DNA from: an uncultured Acidobacteriota bacterium
Lineage (GTDB): Bacteria > Acidobacteriota > Terriglobia > UBA7540
Direction of reading: 5' to 3'
Assembly: GCA_963804995.1 (NCBI GenBank)
Contig: CAWDSK010000003.1
Location: 896,001-960,000, forward strand
DNA: 64,000 nt
Shown here: one piece after another, positions 31,101-41,525 of the stretch
Layout: the number at the start of each line of letters is the position of its first letter
How positions within the stretch are numbered: the first letter of the stretch is position 1
Notes under the pieces: generated by a model
Seen by the model: only the letters and a program-made list of their open reading frames with translations
Databases searched by the model: none
Told to the model about the DNA's origin: nothing
Program-made: the position numbers and the translations under genes

Positions 31101-32678
31101 ACGATCAATGTCAGCTTCCAACCCACTTCCTCCGGGCCGCTTACTGGCGCGCTGACTCTGACGGATTACACCGCCACCAGCCCGCAAACGGTAACCCTGA
31201 CCGGTACAGGGCTTACACCGGTGGTCAGCCTCTCGGCAACGAGCCTGACATTTGTGGGGCAAGGAGTTTCAACCACCAGCGCCTCGCAGCCTATCACGCT
31301 AACCAACACGGGGACTGGTTCGCTGACTTCCCTCACGATCATGGCCAGCGGTGACTTTGCCCAGACGAACAACTGCACTGCCCCGGTTGCCCCGACCGCC
31401 GGATGCACGATCAATGTCACGTTCACGCCCACGGCCCCCGGGAATCGAGCGGGCGCAGTAACACTTACGGACAGCGCAGCCAACAGCCCCCAAACGGTCA
31501 GCCTGAGCGGCACAGGGCTGGCGCCGGTGGTCAGCCTCTCAGCATCCAGCCTGACGTTTGCCGGACGATTAGTTTCGACCCCCAGCGCCTCGCAACCCAT
31601 CACGTTATCCAACGCCGGCCCAGGTGTGCTGACCTCCCTCACGATCGCTGCCAGCGGTGACTTTGCCCAGACGAATAACTGCACTGCCCCGGTTGCCCCG
31701 ACCGCCGGTTGCACAATCAATGTCACGTTCTCGCCCACCGCTATTGGCAATCGAACGGGTTCGGTGACGCTGACGGACAACGCGACCAACAGCCCCCAAA
31801 CGGTCAGCCTGAGCGGCACAGGGCTGGCGCCGGTGGTCAGCCTCTCAGCATCCAGCCTGACGTTTGCCGGACGATTAGTTTCGACCCCCAGCGCCTCGCA
31901 ACCTATCACGTTATCCAACGCCGGCACAGGCGCGGTGACCTCCCTCACGATCGCGGCCAGCGGTGACTTTGGCCAGACGAACAACTGCACTGCCCCGGTT
32001 GCTCCGACCGCCGGTTGCACGATCAACGTTACATTCACGCCCACGGCGACTGGGAATCGAACGGGCACGCTGACCCTGACGGATAACGCGCCGGGCAGTC
32101 CGCAATCGATTCAGCTTTCCGGCACAGGGATGGACTTTGCGATGTCAAGTTCCGCGATGAGCACTACCGTGGCGGCGGGGCAAACGGCAAATTACAGTAT
32201 CACGGTGACGCCCGAGGGCGGGCTGAACCAAACGGTGAGTCTGACGTGTAGCGGCGCACCCACGCTCGCAACCTGCACGCTCACACCCGCTTCGGTCGCG
32301 CTCAATGGATCGGGCTCCGCGCCGGTGGCGGTGGCCGTCTCAACCATGGCGGGGACGATGGCGCCACCCCTGGGAAAAGTTCCGCCACCGACGTTCCCGG
32401 GATTCAGGGGAATGCTCTGGCTGTACGCTCTATTGCTACTGGCGGGCCTGGCGGCATTGGCCGGGGCCAAGAAGCCTCGAGCCGCCTACGGGCTTGCTTT
32501 GTGCCTGGCAATGGTAATGCTCTGGAGCGCCTGCGAATTAGTGCAGGCGCCCCCAGCCACCCATACCCCCGGTACGCCCGCAGGTACTTTCCAGCTAGTG
32601 GTAAACGCGACGGTGACCTCCGCCGCCTCGTCGACGAAAATCACGCACGCGCTCAACCTCTCCCTGACCGTGCAGTAG
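28149..32678 (+). CDS. Large surface protein: SBBP beta-propeller repeats, five ASH/choice-of-anchor-D Ig-like domains, C-terminal TM-hairpin
   Basis: LPLSFEVNEGQ; NYFLGNDPKKWRTNVPTY; repeated YSTYLGGS..GIAVDSSGNAYVTG; C.I.V.F.P...G.RTG.LT.TDNA..SPQ; GAGGAGG RBS. Confidence 0.9.
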   Translation: MFHTPRDFGARKAPLSPQAACVLIGLMLGFLILETNPNLPGNQPSSPSAASPTRLVANYGKLPLSFEVNEGQTDRAVKFLSRGSGYRLFLTGDEAVLALNKSSVVSGQSSVGTKLKPGIGVRESIAQPRQGTTDHRPRTTTSVLRMRLVGANAAAKTVGQEELPGKVNYFLGNDPKKWRTNVPTYAQVKYQDIYPSIDLVYYGNEGGQLEYDFVVAPGADPGAIRFALSGGLEVGQSAVGSGIPDQKLKIQGLTSKIESTGDLVIETAGRDIRLHMPLVYQSPSVGGQRTTDNGLRTVDCHYVLTASNQIRFALGAYDRTKPLVIDPVLSYSTYLGGSIFGYSNGIAVDSSGNAYVTGFTLSPDFPTVNPLQATYAGSLSGDSYDVGDVVITKLNATGSALVYSTYLGGSGNDTGYGIAVDSSGNAYVTGYTTSPDFPTVNPLQATLIEGSDAFVAKLNTTGSALVYSTYLGGSPFDTGYGIAADSSGNAYVTGQTYSTDFPTVNPLQATLQGNSNAFVTKLNAVGSAVYSTYLGGGGDRGNGIAVDSFGNAYVVGSTISSDFPTVNPLQATNLGGTVTVFVAKLNATGSALVYSTYLGGSMRDYGNGIAVDSSGNAYVTGETFSTDFPTVNPIQATCGAPHLGCDDAFVAKLNAAGSALVYSTFLGGTSANGGGNPGLGGNASINEGAGIAVDSSGIAYVTGSTVSLTFPIASPIQATCGSCEGVSTAFVAKLNAAGSALLYSTYLGGSLNDQGFGIAADSAGNAYVTGLATSTNFPVTPGAFQPTLHSGDLCGGAYITPCTSAFVAKLSPAPYTNLSGSSLSFGSVLVDATSPTQSVVLTAGGDAQLNLTSITASGDFALVTTGTSCPYGGGPIAFQATCTIDVSFKPTATGNRTGTATITDNAPGSPHLIQLSGTGIVSAPNISPMSLSFSGQLVGTSSASQPVTFTNTGPVALNISSLTISGGWTQSNNCLPSVAANASCTINVSFQPTSSGPLTGALTLTDYTATSPQTVTLTGTGLTPVVSLSATSLTFVGQGVSTTSASQPITLTNTGTGSLTSLTIMASGDFAQTNNCTAPVAPTAGCTINVTFTPTAPGNRAGAVTLTDSAANSPQTVSLSGTGLAPVVSLSASSLTFAGRLVSTPSASQPITLSNAGPGVLTSLTIAASGDFAQTNNCTAPVAPTAGCTINVTFSPTAIGNRTGSVTLTDNATNSPQTVSLSGTGLAPVVSLSASSLTFAGRLVSTPSASQPITLSNAGTGAVTSLTIAASGDFGQTNNCTAPVAPTAGCTINVTFTPTATGNRTGTLTLTDNAPGSPQSIQLSGTGMDFAMSSSAMSTTVAAGQTANYSITVTPEGGLNQTVSLTCSGAPTLATCTLTPASVALNGSGSAPVAVAVSTMAGTMAPPLGKVPPPTFPGFRGMLWLYALLLLAGLAALAGAKKPRAAYGLALCLAMVMLWSACELVQAPPATHTPGTPAGTFQLVVNATVTSAASSTKITHALNLSLTVQ
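31185..32125 (+). repeat. Intragenic 306-bp tandem repeat, 3 units
   Basis: caacagcccccaaacggtcagcctgagcggcacagggctggcgccgg... at 31481 and 31787, near-identical DNA. Confidence 0.9.
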
Positions 32679-32735
32679 GGAGCTGGAACACTCGGCGTGC
32701 TGATACAGGGTGTAGGTGTGCGAAGGGTACACCGC

Positions 32736-33422
32736 TCAAACGGCAAACTTGTAGCCTTGGCCGTGGACGGTCACGATGAACTTGGGTTGTTTAGGGTCGA
32801 TTTCGAGCTTCTGGCGTAGCCAGGCAACGTGGACATCCACGGTGCGGGTGGAAGGAGCTGAGCTATAGCCCCAGACTTCCCGCAAAAGTTCATCGCGACT
32901 GAGGGTTCTGCCCCGATGCTCGATGAGGTAGCGCAGGAGTTCAAATTCCTTGAAGGAAAGCTCGGCACGTTTGCCATCGCGCAGAACTTCCGTGCGCTGC
33001 AGGTCCACGCGAATAGGTCCCACGTCGTAGAACTCCACCCCGCCGCCCATTACCTCAGCGCCGCGCCGGAGCAAGGCTTCGACGCGCGCCAGCAATTCCA
33101 CCATTTCAAAGGGCTTGGTAAGGTAATCGTCGGCTCCGATTTTGAGCCCTTTAACCTTGTCACCCATCTGGGTCCGGGCGGTGAGCATCAGAATGGGCGT
33201 CACAATGCCGCGCCGCCGCAGCTCGCGGCACACCTCAAAACCCTCCATGCCGGGCAGCATCAAATCGAGGATGAGGAGATCGAAGCGACTGCGCGTGGCT
33301 AGCTCCAGGGCCTCAGCGCCATCGCCCGAGGCTTCGACCGCATAGCCTTCCTTGCGCAGGCGGTCGCTCAAGGTGACAACCAACCCGGGTTCGTCTTCCA
33401 CTAACAGGATGCGCGCACTCAT
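32736..33422 (-). CDS. OmpR/PhoB family response regulator
   Basis: LLVEDE, DLMLP, GADDYLTKPF, RTVDVHVAWLRQK. Confidence 0.95.
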   Translation of the reverse strand: MSARILLVEDEPGLVVTLSDRLRKEGYAVEASGDGAEALELATRSRFDLLILDLMLPGMEGFEVCRELRRRGIVTPILMLTARTQMGDKVKGLKIGADDYLTKPFEMVELLARVEALLRRGAEVMGGGVEFYDVGPIRVDLQRTEVLRDGKRAELSFKEFELLRYLIEHRGRTLSRDELLREVWGYSSAPSTRTVDVHVAWLRQKLEIDPKQPKFIVTVHGQGYKFAV

Positions 33423-33478
33423 ATCAGCTTAGGAATCTCCTCTTAGGGGTTGCGCAGGTCCGTTGGGATCGGCTAAGT

Positions 33479-33557
33479 GACCCCCTCACCCGGCCCGCCC
33501 CGGCTGATGAAAACGCCGGTTGCGGTCCACCCTCTGTCGCCGCGGCGACCGAGGGTT
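33479..33557. repeat. CCCCTCACCC palindromic repeat
   Basis: accccctcacccggcccgccccggctgatgaaaacgccggttgcggtccaccctct. Confidence 0.8.
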
Positions 33558-33639
33558 ATAAATTCAAACTACCGTCCCCTGAAATTGCATATGCGAACAG
33601 TATTGCCACTTACACATAGCACCCCAGAAAGGCAAAATC

Positions 33640-35476
33640 TCACTCGGCGACGGGAAGGTGCAAGGTAAAAGCACTTCCCTCCCCGAGGCTGCTGGCCACG
33701 GTCAGTTTTCCTCCCATCGCCTCCACCGCTTCCTTGGCGAGACTCAGGCCCAGCCCCGCTCCATGTTTCTGCGAGGCGCGCGCGGCGCTTCCACGATAGA
33801 AGGGTTCAAAGATGTGCGGCAGTTCCTTCGGCTCAATCCCCTGCCCCCGGTCTTGCACGGTAATCAGAACCTCGCCGGCCTCAGGTCCCGAGCCCGGGTG
33901 GGCGCGAATGGCCATCCACTGGCCACCCGCACCATACTTCAAGGCATTGGTCATGAGATTTTGCAGGCAGCGGCCCAGGGCTTTGGGATCAGCCATGACC
34001 AGGGAAGATTTGGCGCAATCTCCTTCTCGACGGTGAAGCCGTTAGCCGTAGTCAAGTGGGCCAGGTCCGCGACGGCGGAATCAATGGTCTCCTCGACGGG
34101 GACGGGTTGCCGCTGGTAGTGCCCGCCCTCCCCGCGCGTGGCGGCAAAGAGCAGAACCTGCTCGATCATGGCGGCCAGGCGCTTGCCCTCGGTGCGAATG
34201 AGTGTGCCGTACTGTTTAACTTGCGGCCCGGAATCCACCACGCCGTCCGCAAGGTTTTCCGCCGCGGAACAAATCACACTCACCGGGGTGCGCAACTCGT
34301 GCGACACGCTGGCCACAAAATCCATCTGGAGCCTGGCAAGCCTCTGAACGCGCTGGCTCCAGACGAGGATTAATACCATGCTGACGGCCAGAACCAGCAA
34401 GGCTCCCAACCCCGTCAGCAGGTTGCGCCTCCAAGTGATGGCCACAGCCTGGCGCAAAGAGCCACTGCGGTGCCGGACCACCAGTTGCCAGTTGGCGGCC
34501 GCGGCGTCTGCAAAGATGGGAACGGGGAAGAAACCGCGCAGGGGCCCACCCAACTCACGCGAGGAGCCACCCGGCTCGCGAGGGGAGCGATTGAAATCTC
34601 CCCGAGGTGTCCGGAAGCGTCCGCGCCGTTCAGTAGGATTCCCTCGCCGGAGACCCTCCGGCCCCGGCTCAAAATCGGGACGGCGACGTGGGCCAAATAG
34701 AAATAGCGTCGCGTCCGCCGAAGCCACAAGATCCGCCGAAGGGTGGGGCTCCGACGCGTAAAGGAAATTAGGCGGGGCCGCGGCGTCTGCGATCGCTACT
34801 TGGTAAAAGAGACCCTCGGTTCCACCAAAGTAACGCTGCGCGAGTTCCGGAATGTAAACCTTCAGGAAGTAATCCCGGTTCAATTCTATGATCGCGAAAC
34901 CAGCCGAGGCGCAATCCGGCGGGCAACTGGCCTGGGGCGAAGCCGTTGTGAGGAGGGGATGGACCATGGCGAGCGACTGGCCCCGCAGTCGCCATCCAAA
35001 ATCAAAGCCCCGCCATGAGGGGACGCCTGCCAGGTCCGACATGTCACAGAGATCCCCGAGCCGAGATGGACATGCTTCCGCTTGAAAGCTGTAGGTCTGG
35101 GGATTGAACTCAGGAACGTATAACTTCCATTCTTTGGCTTTTCCCAGAGATAGAATTTCCCCACCAAGTCCCGGTGCTCGGAGGATCGTCCCCAGTCACC
35201 ACAATGCTGGGTATAGAGCGTCTCAAGATTATCCCCCGAGCCGAATCCTAGGTTCGAAAAGCCTCCACAGACCCCGGCCAGTTCAGCTCTCAAGCTCTCA
35301 CGAAACTCATTCATGCCTGTCTGGAGCGTGGCCTGCTGCCGCTGCCAGTCAGCGTTGCTGAGCTGATGGGTCCACCGGTACTGCAGAACCGCGAGCACGA
35401 CGAGCAGCGTGCCGAGGGCCACGATGAGGCCCAGGGATGCCAGCGACTGTTTGAGTTTGAACCCCATAACTTTCAT
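33640..35476 (-). CDS. Membrane sensor histidine kinase, split by two single-base deletions (~35111, ~34003)
   Basis: N-terminal TM, second TM, SHELRTP H-box, NALKY, DRGQG, EPFYR, GAGLGL spread over three consecutive frames. Confidence 0.85.
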
Positions 35477-36469
35477 AGACGTATCGGTCGCTCAACGCGC
35501 TACATGGGTTTCCGGCCTGACGTCGCACCGCAGGGTCGAAGGAAGAGGACCCGACCCTGAAGTTCACTCCTGCCATTTTACACCCGGCGGCCTGTCCCCA
35601 GGTTATCCGCCGGGAGGCCAGCGGGTACGAAAGACGGGCAGGGCGGGGATTGCCCACAGGCGTACAGGGCTTTCTCCGACACGGCGAAAAGTTCGGCGGG
35701 CTTACTTCTCATGGCAGGTCCTTAGGATATTGGCAGAGAGAATATACTGGCTACCGCCTCTGGTGACGGGCGTTTCAGGCTGGGGTCGATGCCAGTCGAA
35801 CCCGCGCTCCTAGCGGATGCGAGGGGCATGGAGAGGAGGGCTGACCTACCCCGAATTCTTCTGGTTTACCGGTTGGTTAAGCGGTGCGACCTCCCACAAT
35901 CATCCTCCGGTTAGAATCTTCCTTGGCGCGGGTTCACAAACTCTTGTTGTATTTGGTATAATCCTTGCGGTATTGTTCTGTGCGCGGGACTTGGTAAGAG
36001 ATTCACTGCAATCCAAAATCCAGGCTTTCTGGTCAGAGTGACGCAGAGTAGCGCCGCAGGGAAGCGTTAAGATTTTTGAAAAAAATTCACATGCCGCTTC
36101 AAACCCCAACGGGAGCGATACGCATCTGACCTTGCGGTGGTCACTGACCGGACCATCTTACACTGGGGAATTTGAATGAGCCGGCCGCTACTCGCAGCCC
36201 CGGCAGAAGGGGTGGCGCGCAGTTCCGGGTTTCCCTACTGCGCACACCGCGCAAGCCTTATGACCGGAGAACAAGAAGTGTGGTCCGGTGTCAACAAGTT
36301 TGGTTTTCGGCTTTAGAAGGATGCAACGGATCGTCATTCAAGCCACCCGACCAGGATTAGAAGTTGGCGAGGTGAAGGGCGCGCCCGGTTCTGTGATCAG
36401 GAAGCCCGCCTGCCTAGGGTCGGTGACTCCTCTTCAACAAGAAACTCGTTTGGGAAAGGGATACACGAA

Positions 36470-37648
36470 GTGAAGCCAATTTATACGCTCCTCCTCGTCA
36501 CGCTGTTGATGGCACATCCTGGAGCCGCCCAATCAACGCCCGATCAAAAACCCGCCGCGCCGGATACTACGGCCGCACCGGCTGCGCCCCCCGCGCCAGA
36601 TAAGACTGCCGCGCCTGACAAAACCGCCGCGCCGGAAGAAACCGAGAAGACGGGAAAACTCCACAAGCTGAATGTATTCCATAAGCGGAAGAAGACCCCC
36701 AAGGCGGAAAAATCCGCCAAAGCGGAGAAACCTGCCAAGGCGGAGAAACCCGCCAAGGCCGAAAAAGCCAAGGCTGAAAACCCCGATTCCCCCGGACCCA
36801 CTGCCTTTGTGCAGGTCGAAGGTAGCCACTTTAATATGGGCACGGTCCTCACCTACGACTTCAACTTCGGATACAGGTTCAATGAGCATGTCTCCGCCGA
36901 TTTCGGCATTCCGATCTATTCCACTCGCACTCCGTTCTCCGTCATCACCACCAAAGATTGGCGGGATACGACGATCCTTGGGGCGCCGTACATTGACGTA
37001 CGGTACGACACCAAGCGCGGCGACACGAACATCACCTCCATCCTGACGGGATCGGCCGGATTCAATATGGTCAAGACTTATTCCAACGGCCGGATGACAG
37101 TGGACTGGTTTAACCACTTTGATCGCAACTACCAGATCATGAACTACGACGCCAAGTTCACACCCTTTCTGAATTTCGGCTTCGGCACCGGCACGGTAGA
37201 CCGGCAGGTGATGCCCCGGCCGTACGAAGTCGCCCGCCCCTATGAAACCCTGGGCTACATCGGCAATGGTGAAGTCGGCGGGGATTTCACGGTCTGGAAA
37301 CATTACAAGTTGGGAGGGTCCGCCTACGGCCTTACCCCGGTGGGACCGCAGAAGATCTATAGCCGGCTGGTGTCGCCGGATTCGCTTTTGGGGGGCGATG
37401 GGCACCACAACCGTTTTTGGGATGAATTCTTTGAAACAGGCGGCGAGTATGTCAACACCTATGGCGGGGGGCCCTCGCGAATTGCCCGTGACAATGGCTA
37501 CGCCGCATGGCTTGAGGTCACCCGGTACAAAAATCTTAGCATTGAGGTCGCCTATACGAGGAGCGTGCATTACGATTATGGCGCCGCTTTTATCATGGTG
37601 CGCTTTAACTTGACGAACATTTTGCGGAATTTGACGACCGGCGAGTAG
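36470..37648 (+). CDS. Secreted protein with low-complexity linker; putative outer-membrane beta-barrel
   Basis: Signal peptide, PDKTAA and KPAKAE repeats, then alternating aromatic/hydrophobic strands (TYDFNFGYRF, LSIEVAYTRS, FIMVRFNL). Confidence 0.7.
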   Translation: MKPIYTLLLVTLLMAHPGAAQSTPDQKPAAPDTTAAPAAPPAPDKTAAPDKTAAPEETEKTGKLHKLNVFHKRKKTPKAEKSAKAEKPAKAEKPAKAEKAKAENPDSPGPTAFVQVEGSHFNMGTVLTYDFNFGYRFNEHVSADFGIPIYSTRTPFSVITTKDWRDTTILGAPYIDVRYDTKRGDTNITSILTGSAGFNMVKTYSNGRMTVDWFNHFDRNYQIMNYDAKFTPFLNFGFGTGTVDRQVMPRPYEVARPYETLGYIGNGEVGGDFTVWKHYKLGGSAYGLTPVGPQKIYSRLVSPDSLLGGDGHHNRFWDEFFETGGEYVNTYGGGPSRIARDNGYAAWLEVTRYKNLSIEVAYTRSVHYDYGAAFIMVRFNLTNILRNLTTGE

Positions 37649-37760
37649 CGGACACGTCGCCTCAAGACACATAGAAGCAAGAGCATGATTCCGTGGGTCG
37701 CCCGTCGCAAGACTGCTATCCAACCAACCGAGCGACCCCGAAGTAACGACAAGAGGACCT

Positions 37761-40700
37761 TTGAAAACTGAGAGTCGGTTCAGATTATTCCTCCTTCCTT
37801 TCGTGGTTGGAATTTGCCTGGTGCATTCCAGCCCGGGGTGGGCTGGCGACCCCGCCTCCCCCGACAAGATTCTTGCGCCTTCCCCCCTCCGGTCAGCTAG
37901 CTTGCCGCTCGGTTTCGAGGCCAACCAGGGGCAGGTGGATGAACAGGTCAAATACTTAGCCCGGGGACAGGGTTACACACTGTTCCTGACCCCTCGCGCC
38001 GCAGTACTCGGCCTACGCAGCGAGGGCGCCGGAAAGCCCACCGAATGGCTGCGCCTTGCCCTGGAAGGCACTGCCGCCGCACCCGCTATCACCGGGGAAA
38101 ACCCACTCCCTGGCCAGAGCCATTATTTCGTAGGCAACGATCCGGCCCGGTGGCGGACCAATATCCCCACTTTTGCCCGGGTCCGCTACGAGCAAGTATA
38201 TCCAGGGATAGATTTGATCTATTACGGCCGGCAAGGACGCCTGGAAAACGATTTTGAAGTGGCCGCCGGAACCAATCCCAAAAGGATTTCCTGGCGGCTG
38301 GAAGGGGCGAAACAGGTCCGCGTTGACTCGACTGGGGACCTCGTCCTGACCGTGGGCGGAAATGAGGTGCGCCTGCAACAGCCGCGGGCGTATCAACTGG
38401 ACGGAGAGCAAGAGCGGGAAATCCCCATCCGTTACCGGGTTCATGGTCAGAGAGTCAGCTTCGCGCTGGGCAAGTATAATCGGCATCAGAAACTGGTCAT
38501 TGACCCTGTCCTTACTTACTCAACTCTCCTCGGCGGCAGTGGTGGCGACATCGCGTACGGCATGGCCGTCGACTCATTGGGCAACACCTATGTTACGGGC
38601 GTCACGGGCTCCATCAACTTCCCCACCACGGCCACCGCTTTTCAGGCGACGTACGGGGGTGACGGCGACGTTTTTGTGACCAAGTTCAATCCCACTGCCA
38701 CCGGGGTCCTCTTCTCGACTTACCTGGGCGGCGCGGGAGCTGACTCGCCCAGCGGCCTCCTGCTCAACTCATCTGGAAATATCTATATCGTTGGTTCCAC
38801 TTCATCGTTGAACTTCCCCACCACGGCCACCGCTCCCCAGCCAGCTTATGGCGGCGGTGGAAGTGATGCCTTCCTGGTGGCCCTCAAACCTTCTGGCTCA
38901 TCGCTGCTTTACTCCACCTATCTGGGAGGAACCGCGGCGGATTACGGCATGGCACTGGCGCTCGATGCCACCGGGAATGCTTACATCACTGGGTATACGC
39001 TCTCCACCGACTTTCCCACCTTTAATCCTATCCAGCTTGGCAATGATGGCTCCTATGATGCCTTCGTGGCGGAGGTCGACCCCACCGGAACGAAATTGCT
39101 CTATTCCACCTACCTGGGAGGTTCGAGCGCCGATTATGGCACCGGTATCGCGGTCGACGCCTCCGGGAATATTTATGTCGGCGGGTACACATTCTCAACG
39201 AACTTCCCCACCCAAAGCGCTTTTCAAAGTACGCTGGCCGGTGGCTCCGACATCTTCATCACTGAGCTGAATCCGGCCTCCTCGACATTAGTGTTTTCCA
39301 CGTATTTGGGGGGAAGCTCGAATGAAACACTCTCCGCCCTCGTTCTAGATTCACACGGAAGCATCTACCTGACGGGCGACACGCAATCCAACAATTTCCC
39401 TGTGACCGCCAATGCTTACCAGGCCACGAATCACGGTGGGCCAGGAGACGCTTTTATCACCAAGCTCACACCCGGCGCCTCAACTCTGGTTTTCTCGACG
39501 TATTTCGGGGGCAGTGGGGTGGACCACGCGGCTGCGTTTGCGATCGACTCAGCGGGGGATGTTTACCTGACAGGATTCACGCAGTCGACTGACTTTCCTC
39601 TGGTCGATGCATTCCAAAAGATTCTGGGCATCGCCGGCGCAGGCTCCTGCGGGTCAACTTCCCTGATGAATTCGCCCCCCCCGGTGGTTTGTGCTGACGC
39701 CTTTGTCACCAAGTTCAACCCCTCGGGGGTCCCTATCTATTCCAGCTATTTGGGCGGAGAAAATACGGACGCCGGCCAGGCGATTGTGGTTGACTCCTTG
39801 GGCTCGGCCTATGTGGCGGGCGGTACGGAGTCACCCAACTTCCCAGTCACTCCTGGTGCCTACCAGTGGTCCTACTTGGGCGGCGACACGTTTAACAACG
39901 TTTTCGTGGTTAAGATCGGTCCTCAGGACGCCCCCTCCTTGGCGTTAAGCCCTCAGCAGATCAACTTTGGGAATCAGGCGCTCAACACCCCCAGTAATCC
40001 AACTACCGTTACGTTAACGAATGAGGGCAGTGCGGCGTTGGCGATCCAGGGTATCACTGCGGGCCAAGGGTTCTCCCAAACCAACACCTGTGGCACTTCG
40101 CTAGCGGCGGGGGGAAGTACGTGTAGTCTCCAAGTTACCTTCACGCCTACCCAAGCCGGTCCGCAAACCGGTGAAGTCACTATTACTGACAACGCGGCGG
40201 GCAGCCCCCACTTCATTACAGTCTCGGGGAGCGGAATCCTCTCGGCCGGGTCATTGAGCGTGTCGCCGACCACGCTGGCATTCCCGGCACAAGCCGTCAC
40301 CACCACCAGCTCTCCGCAAACGGTACTGATTGTTAATAATGGAACGTTGGCCGTCACCATTACCAACATCGCTGCAGCAGGATTCTTCGAACAAACAAAC
40401 ACCTGTGGGACTCTCCCCCTGGTCCTGAACGTGGGCTCTTCCTGCACGGTCTCCATAACCTTTACACCCACCGGGAGCGGAAACTTTACGGGCAGTCTGA
40501 CCATCACATCCAACGCTGCGAATAGTTCGTCAGTGTCGCTTTCCGGGACCGGCATTCCCATCTTCAATCTTTCTGCCAATACGCGGTCAAGCGTCCTTGT
40601 CATCGGCACCACCTCCACAACGTTCACCGTTTCTGCCTCGGCCCCGAGTTCATTCATCGGAAGCATCTCACTCGCCTGCAGTGCGTCGGGTTCCACATCA

Positions 40701-41420
40701 ACCACCTGCAGTTTCAGTCCGGCCGCGATCACGGGTGGGCAGTCCAGCACGGTCACGGTGAAAGGCCTCTCGGCAAGCACGGCGAGTCCCTTGAATGTCA
40801 CGATCACGGGGACCTATATAAATCAATCCGCCTCCGTTGCCCTCACCATCTTTCTTGCGGATTTCGCACTCTCCGCCACACCCTCGGGGGCTACGGTCAC
40901 GGCCGGTAATAACGCCACTTACACAATTACCGTCACGCCCTCGAATGGGTTTAGTCAGGTCGTGCTCCTGAGTTGTGGCAACCTGCCACAAGATGCTGTC
41001 TGCTATTTTGCGCCGCCTGGTTTAACTCTGAACGGTTCAACCTTTGCCACGAGCGTCCTAACCATAACCACCGTAACGCAGTCGGGAGTGGTGCGCCAAC
41101 CCCCGCGCGGTGGTATTCCACCCGGATTCCGTTGGTGGGCGTTGATGCTGGCGACATTAGTTCTGGTAATCGGGTGGGCGGCAGGCGCCGGCAGGTTGGC
41201 ACGGGGTCTTCGGCCGCGGCTTCGGGTGGTGGTTTTGTTAACTGCAATCATCCTGGTGGCCTTGGGAGTGGCGTGTCAAAATTATTACAACCCGATCAAC
41301 ATCACTCCCGTGGTGAATGGCACCCCTTCAGGGAACTTCACCATCCCGATCATCGGAACTCTGGGAAGTGACAATAGCGTTAGGCGGGCTACAACGGTCA
41401 ACCTCTCAGTTGCACCGTAA
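37761..41420 (+). CDS. Large SBBP/Ig-like surface protein, paralog 2
   Basis: Signal peptide; LPLGFEANQGQ; YSTYLGG repeats; ASH-like domains; C-terminal TM-hairpin ending LGVAC. Confidence 0.9.
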   Translation: MKTESRFRLFLLPFVVGICLVHSSPGWAGDPASPDKILAPSPLRSASLPLGFEANQGQVDEQVKYLARGQGYTLFLTPRAAVLGLRSEGAGKPTEWLRLALEGTAAAPAITGENPLPGQSHYFVGNDPARWRTNIPTFARVRYEQVYPGIDLIYYGRQGRLENDFEVAAGTNPKRISWRLEGAKQVRVDSTGDLVLTVGGNEVRLQQPRAYQLDGEQEREIPIRYRVHGQRVSFALGKYNRHQKLVIDPVLTYSTLLGGSGGDIAYGMAVDSLGNTYVTGVTGSINFPTTATAFQATYGGDGDVFVTKFNPTATGVLFSTYLGGAGADSPSGLLLNSSGNIYIVGSTSSLNFPTTATAPQPAYGGGGSDAFLVALKPSGSSLLYSTYLGGTAADYGMALALDATGNAYITGYTLSTDFPTFNPIQLGNDGSYDAFVAEVDPTGTKLLYSTYLGGSSADYGTGIAVDASGNIYVGGYTFSTNFPTQSAFQSTLAGGSDIFITELNPASSTLVFSTYLGGSSNETLSALVLDSHGSIYLTGDTQSNNFPVTANAYQATNHGGPGDAFITKLTPGASTLVFSTYFGGSGVDHAAAFAIDSAGDVYLTGFTQSTDFPLVDAFQKILGIAGAGSCGSTSLMNSPPPVVCADAFVTKFNPSGVPIYSSYLGGENTDAGQAIVVDSLGSAYVAGGTESPNFPVTPGAYQWSYLGGDTFNNVFVVKIGPQDAPSLALSPQQINFGNQALNTPSNPTTVTLTNEGSAALAIQGITAGQGFSQTNTCGTSLAAGGSTCSLQVTFTPTQAGPQTGEVTITDNAAGSPHFITVSGSGILSAGSLSVSPTTLAFPAQAVTTTSSPQTVLIVNNGTLAVTITNIAAAGFFEQTNTCGTLPLVLNVGSSCTVSITFTPTGSGNFTGSLTITSNAANSSSVSLSGTGIPIFNLSANTRSSVLVIGTTSTTFTVSASAPSSFIGSISLACSASGSTSTTCSFSPAAITGGQSSTVTVKGLSASTASPLNVTITGTYINQSASVALTIFLADFALSATPSGATVTAGNNATYTITVTPSNGFSQVVLLSCGNLPQDAVCYFAPPGLTLNGSTFATSVLTITTVTQSGVVRQPPRGGIPPGFRWWALMLATLVLVIGWAAGAGRLARGLRPRLRVVVLLTAIILVALGVACQNYYNPINITPVVNGTPSGNFTIPIIGTLGSDNSVRRATTVNLSVAP

Positions 41421-41525
41421 GCAGCCGCCCCTTATTACATACGCTCATCGCGCTGATCAACGCCAGGCGAGTGCGAAAAAAAGAGAAAGACTATCCAAGA
41501 TTGATGAATTCCGAGGAGGCCCGTC

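Noticed and set aside
33500..33520. Hammerhead ribozyme from CTGATGA
   Set aside because: No stem II followed by GAAA; the motif is a hairpin loop in a palindromic repeat
35480..36469. Riboswitch or small genes in the 1-kb spacer
   Set aside because: No recognisable aptamer core; short ORFs lack convincing support
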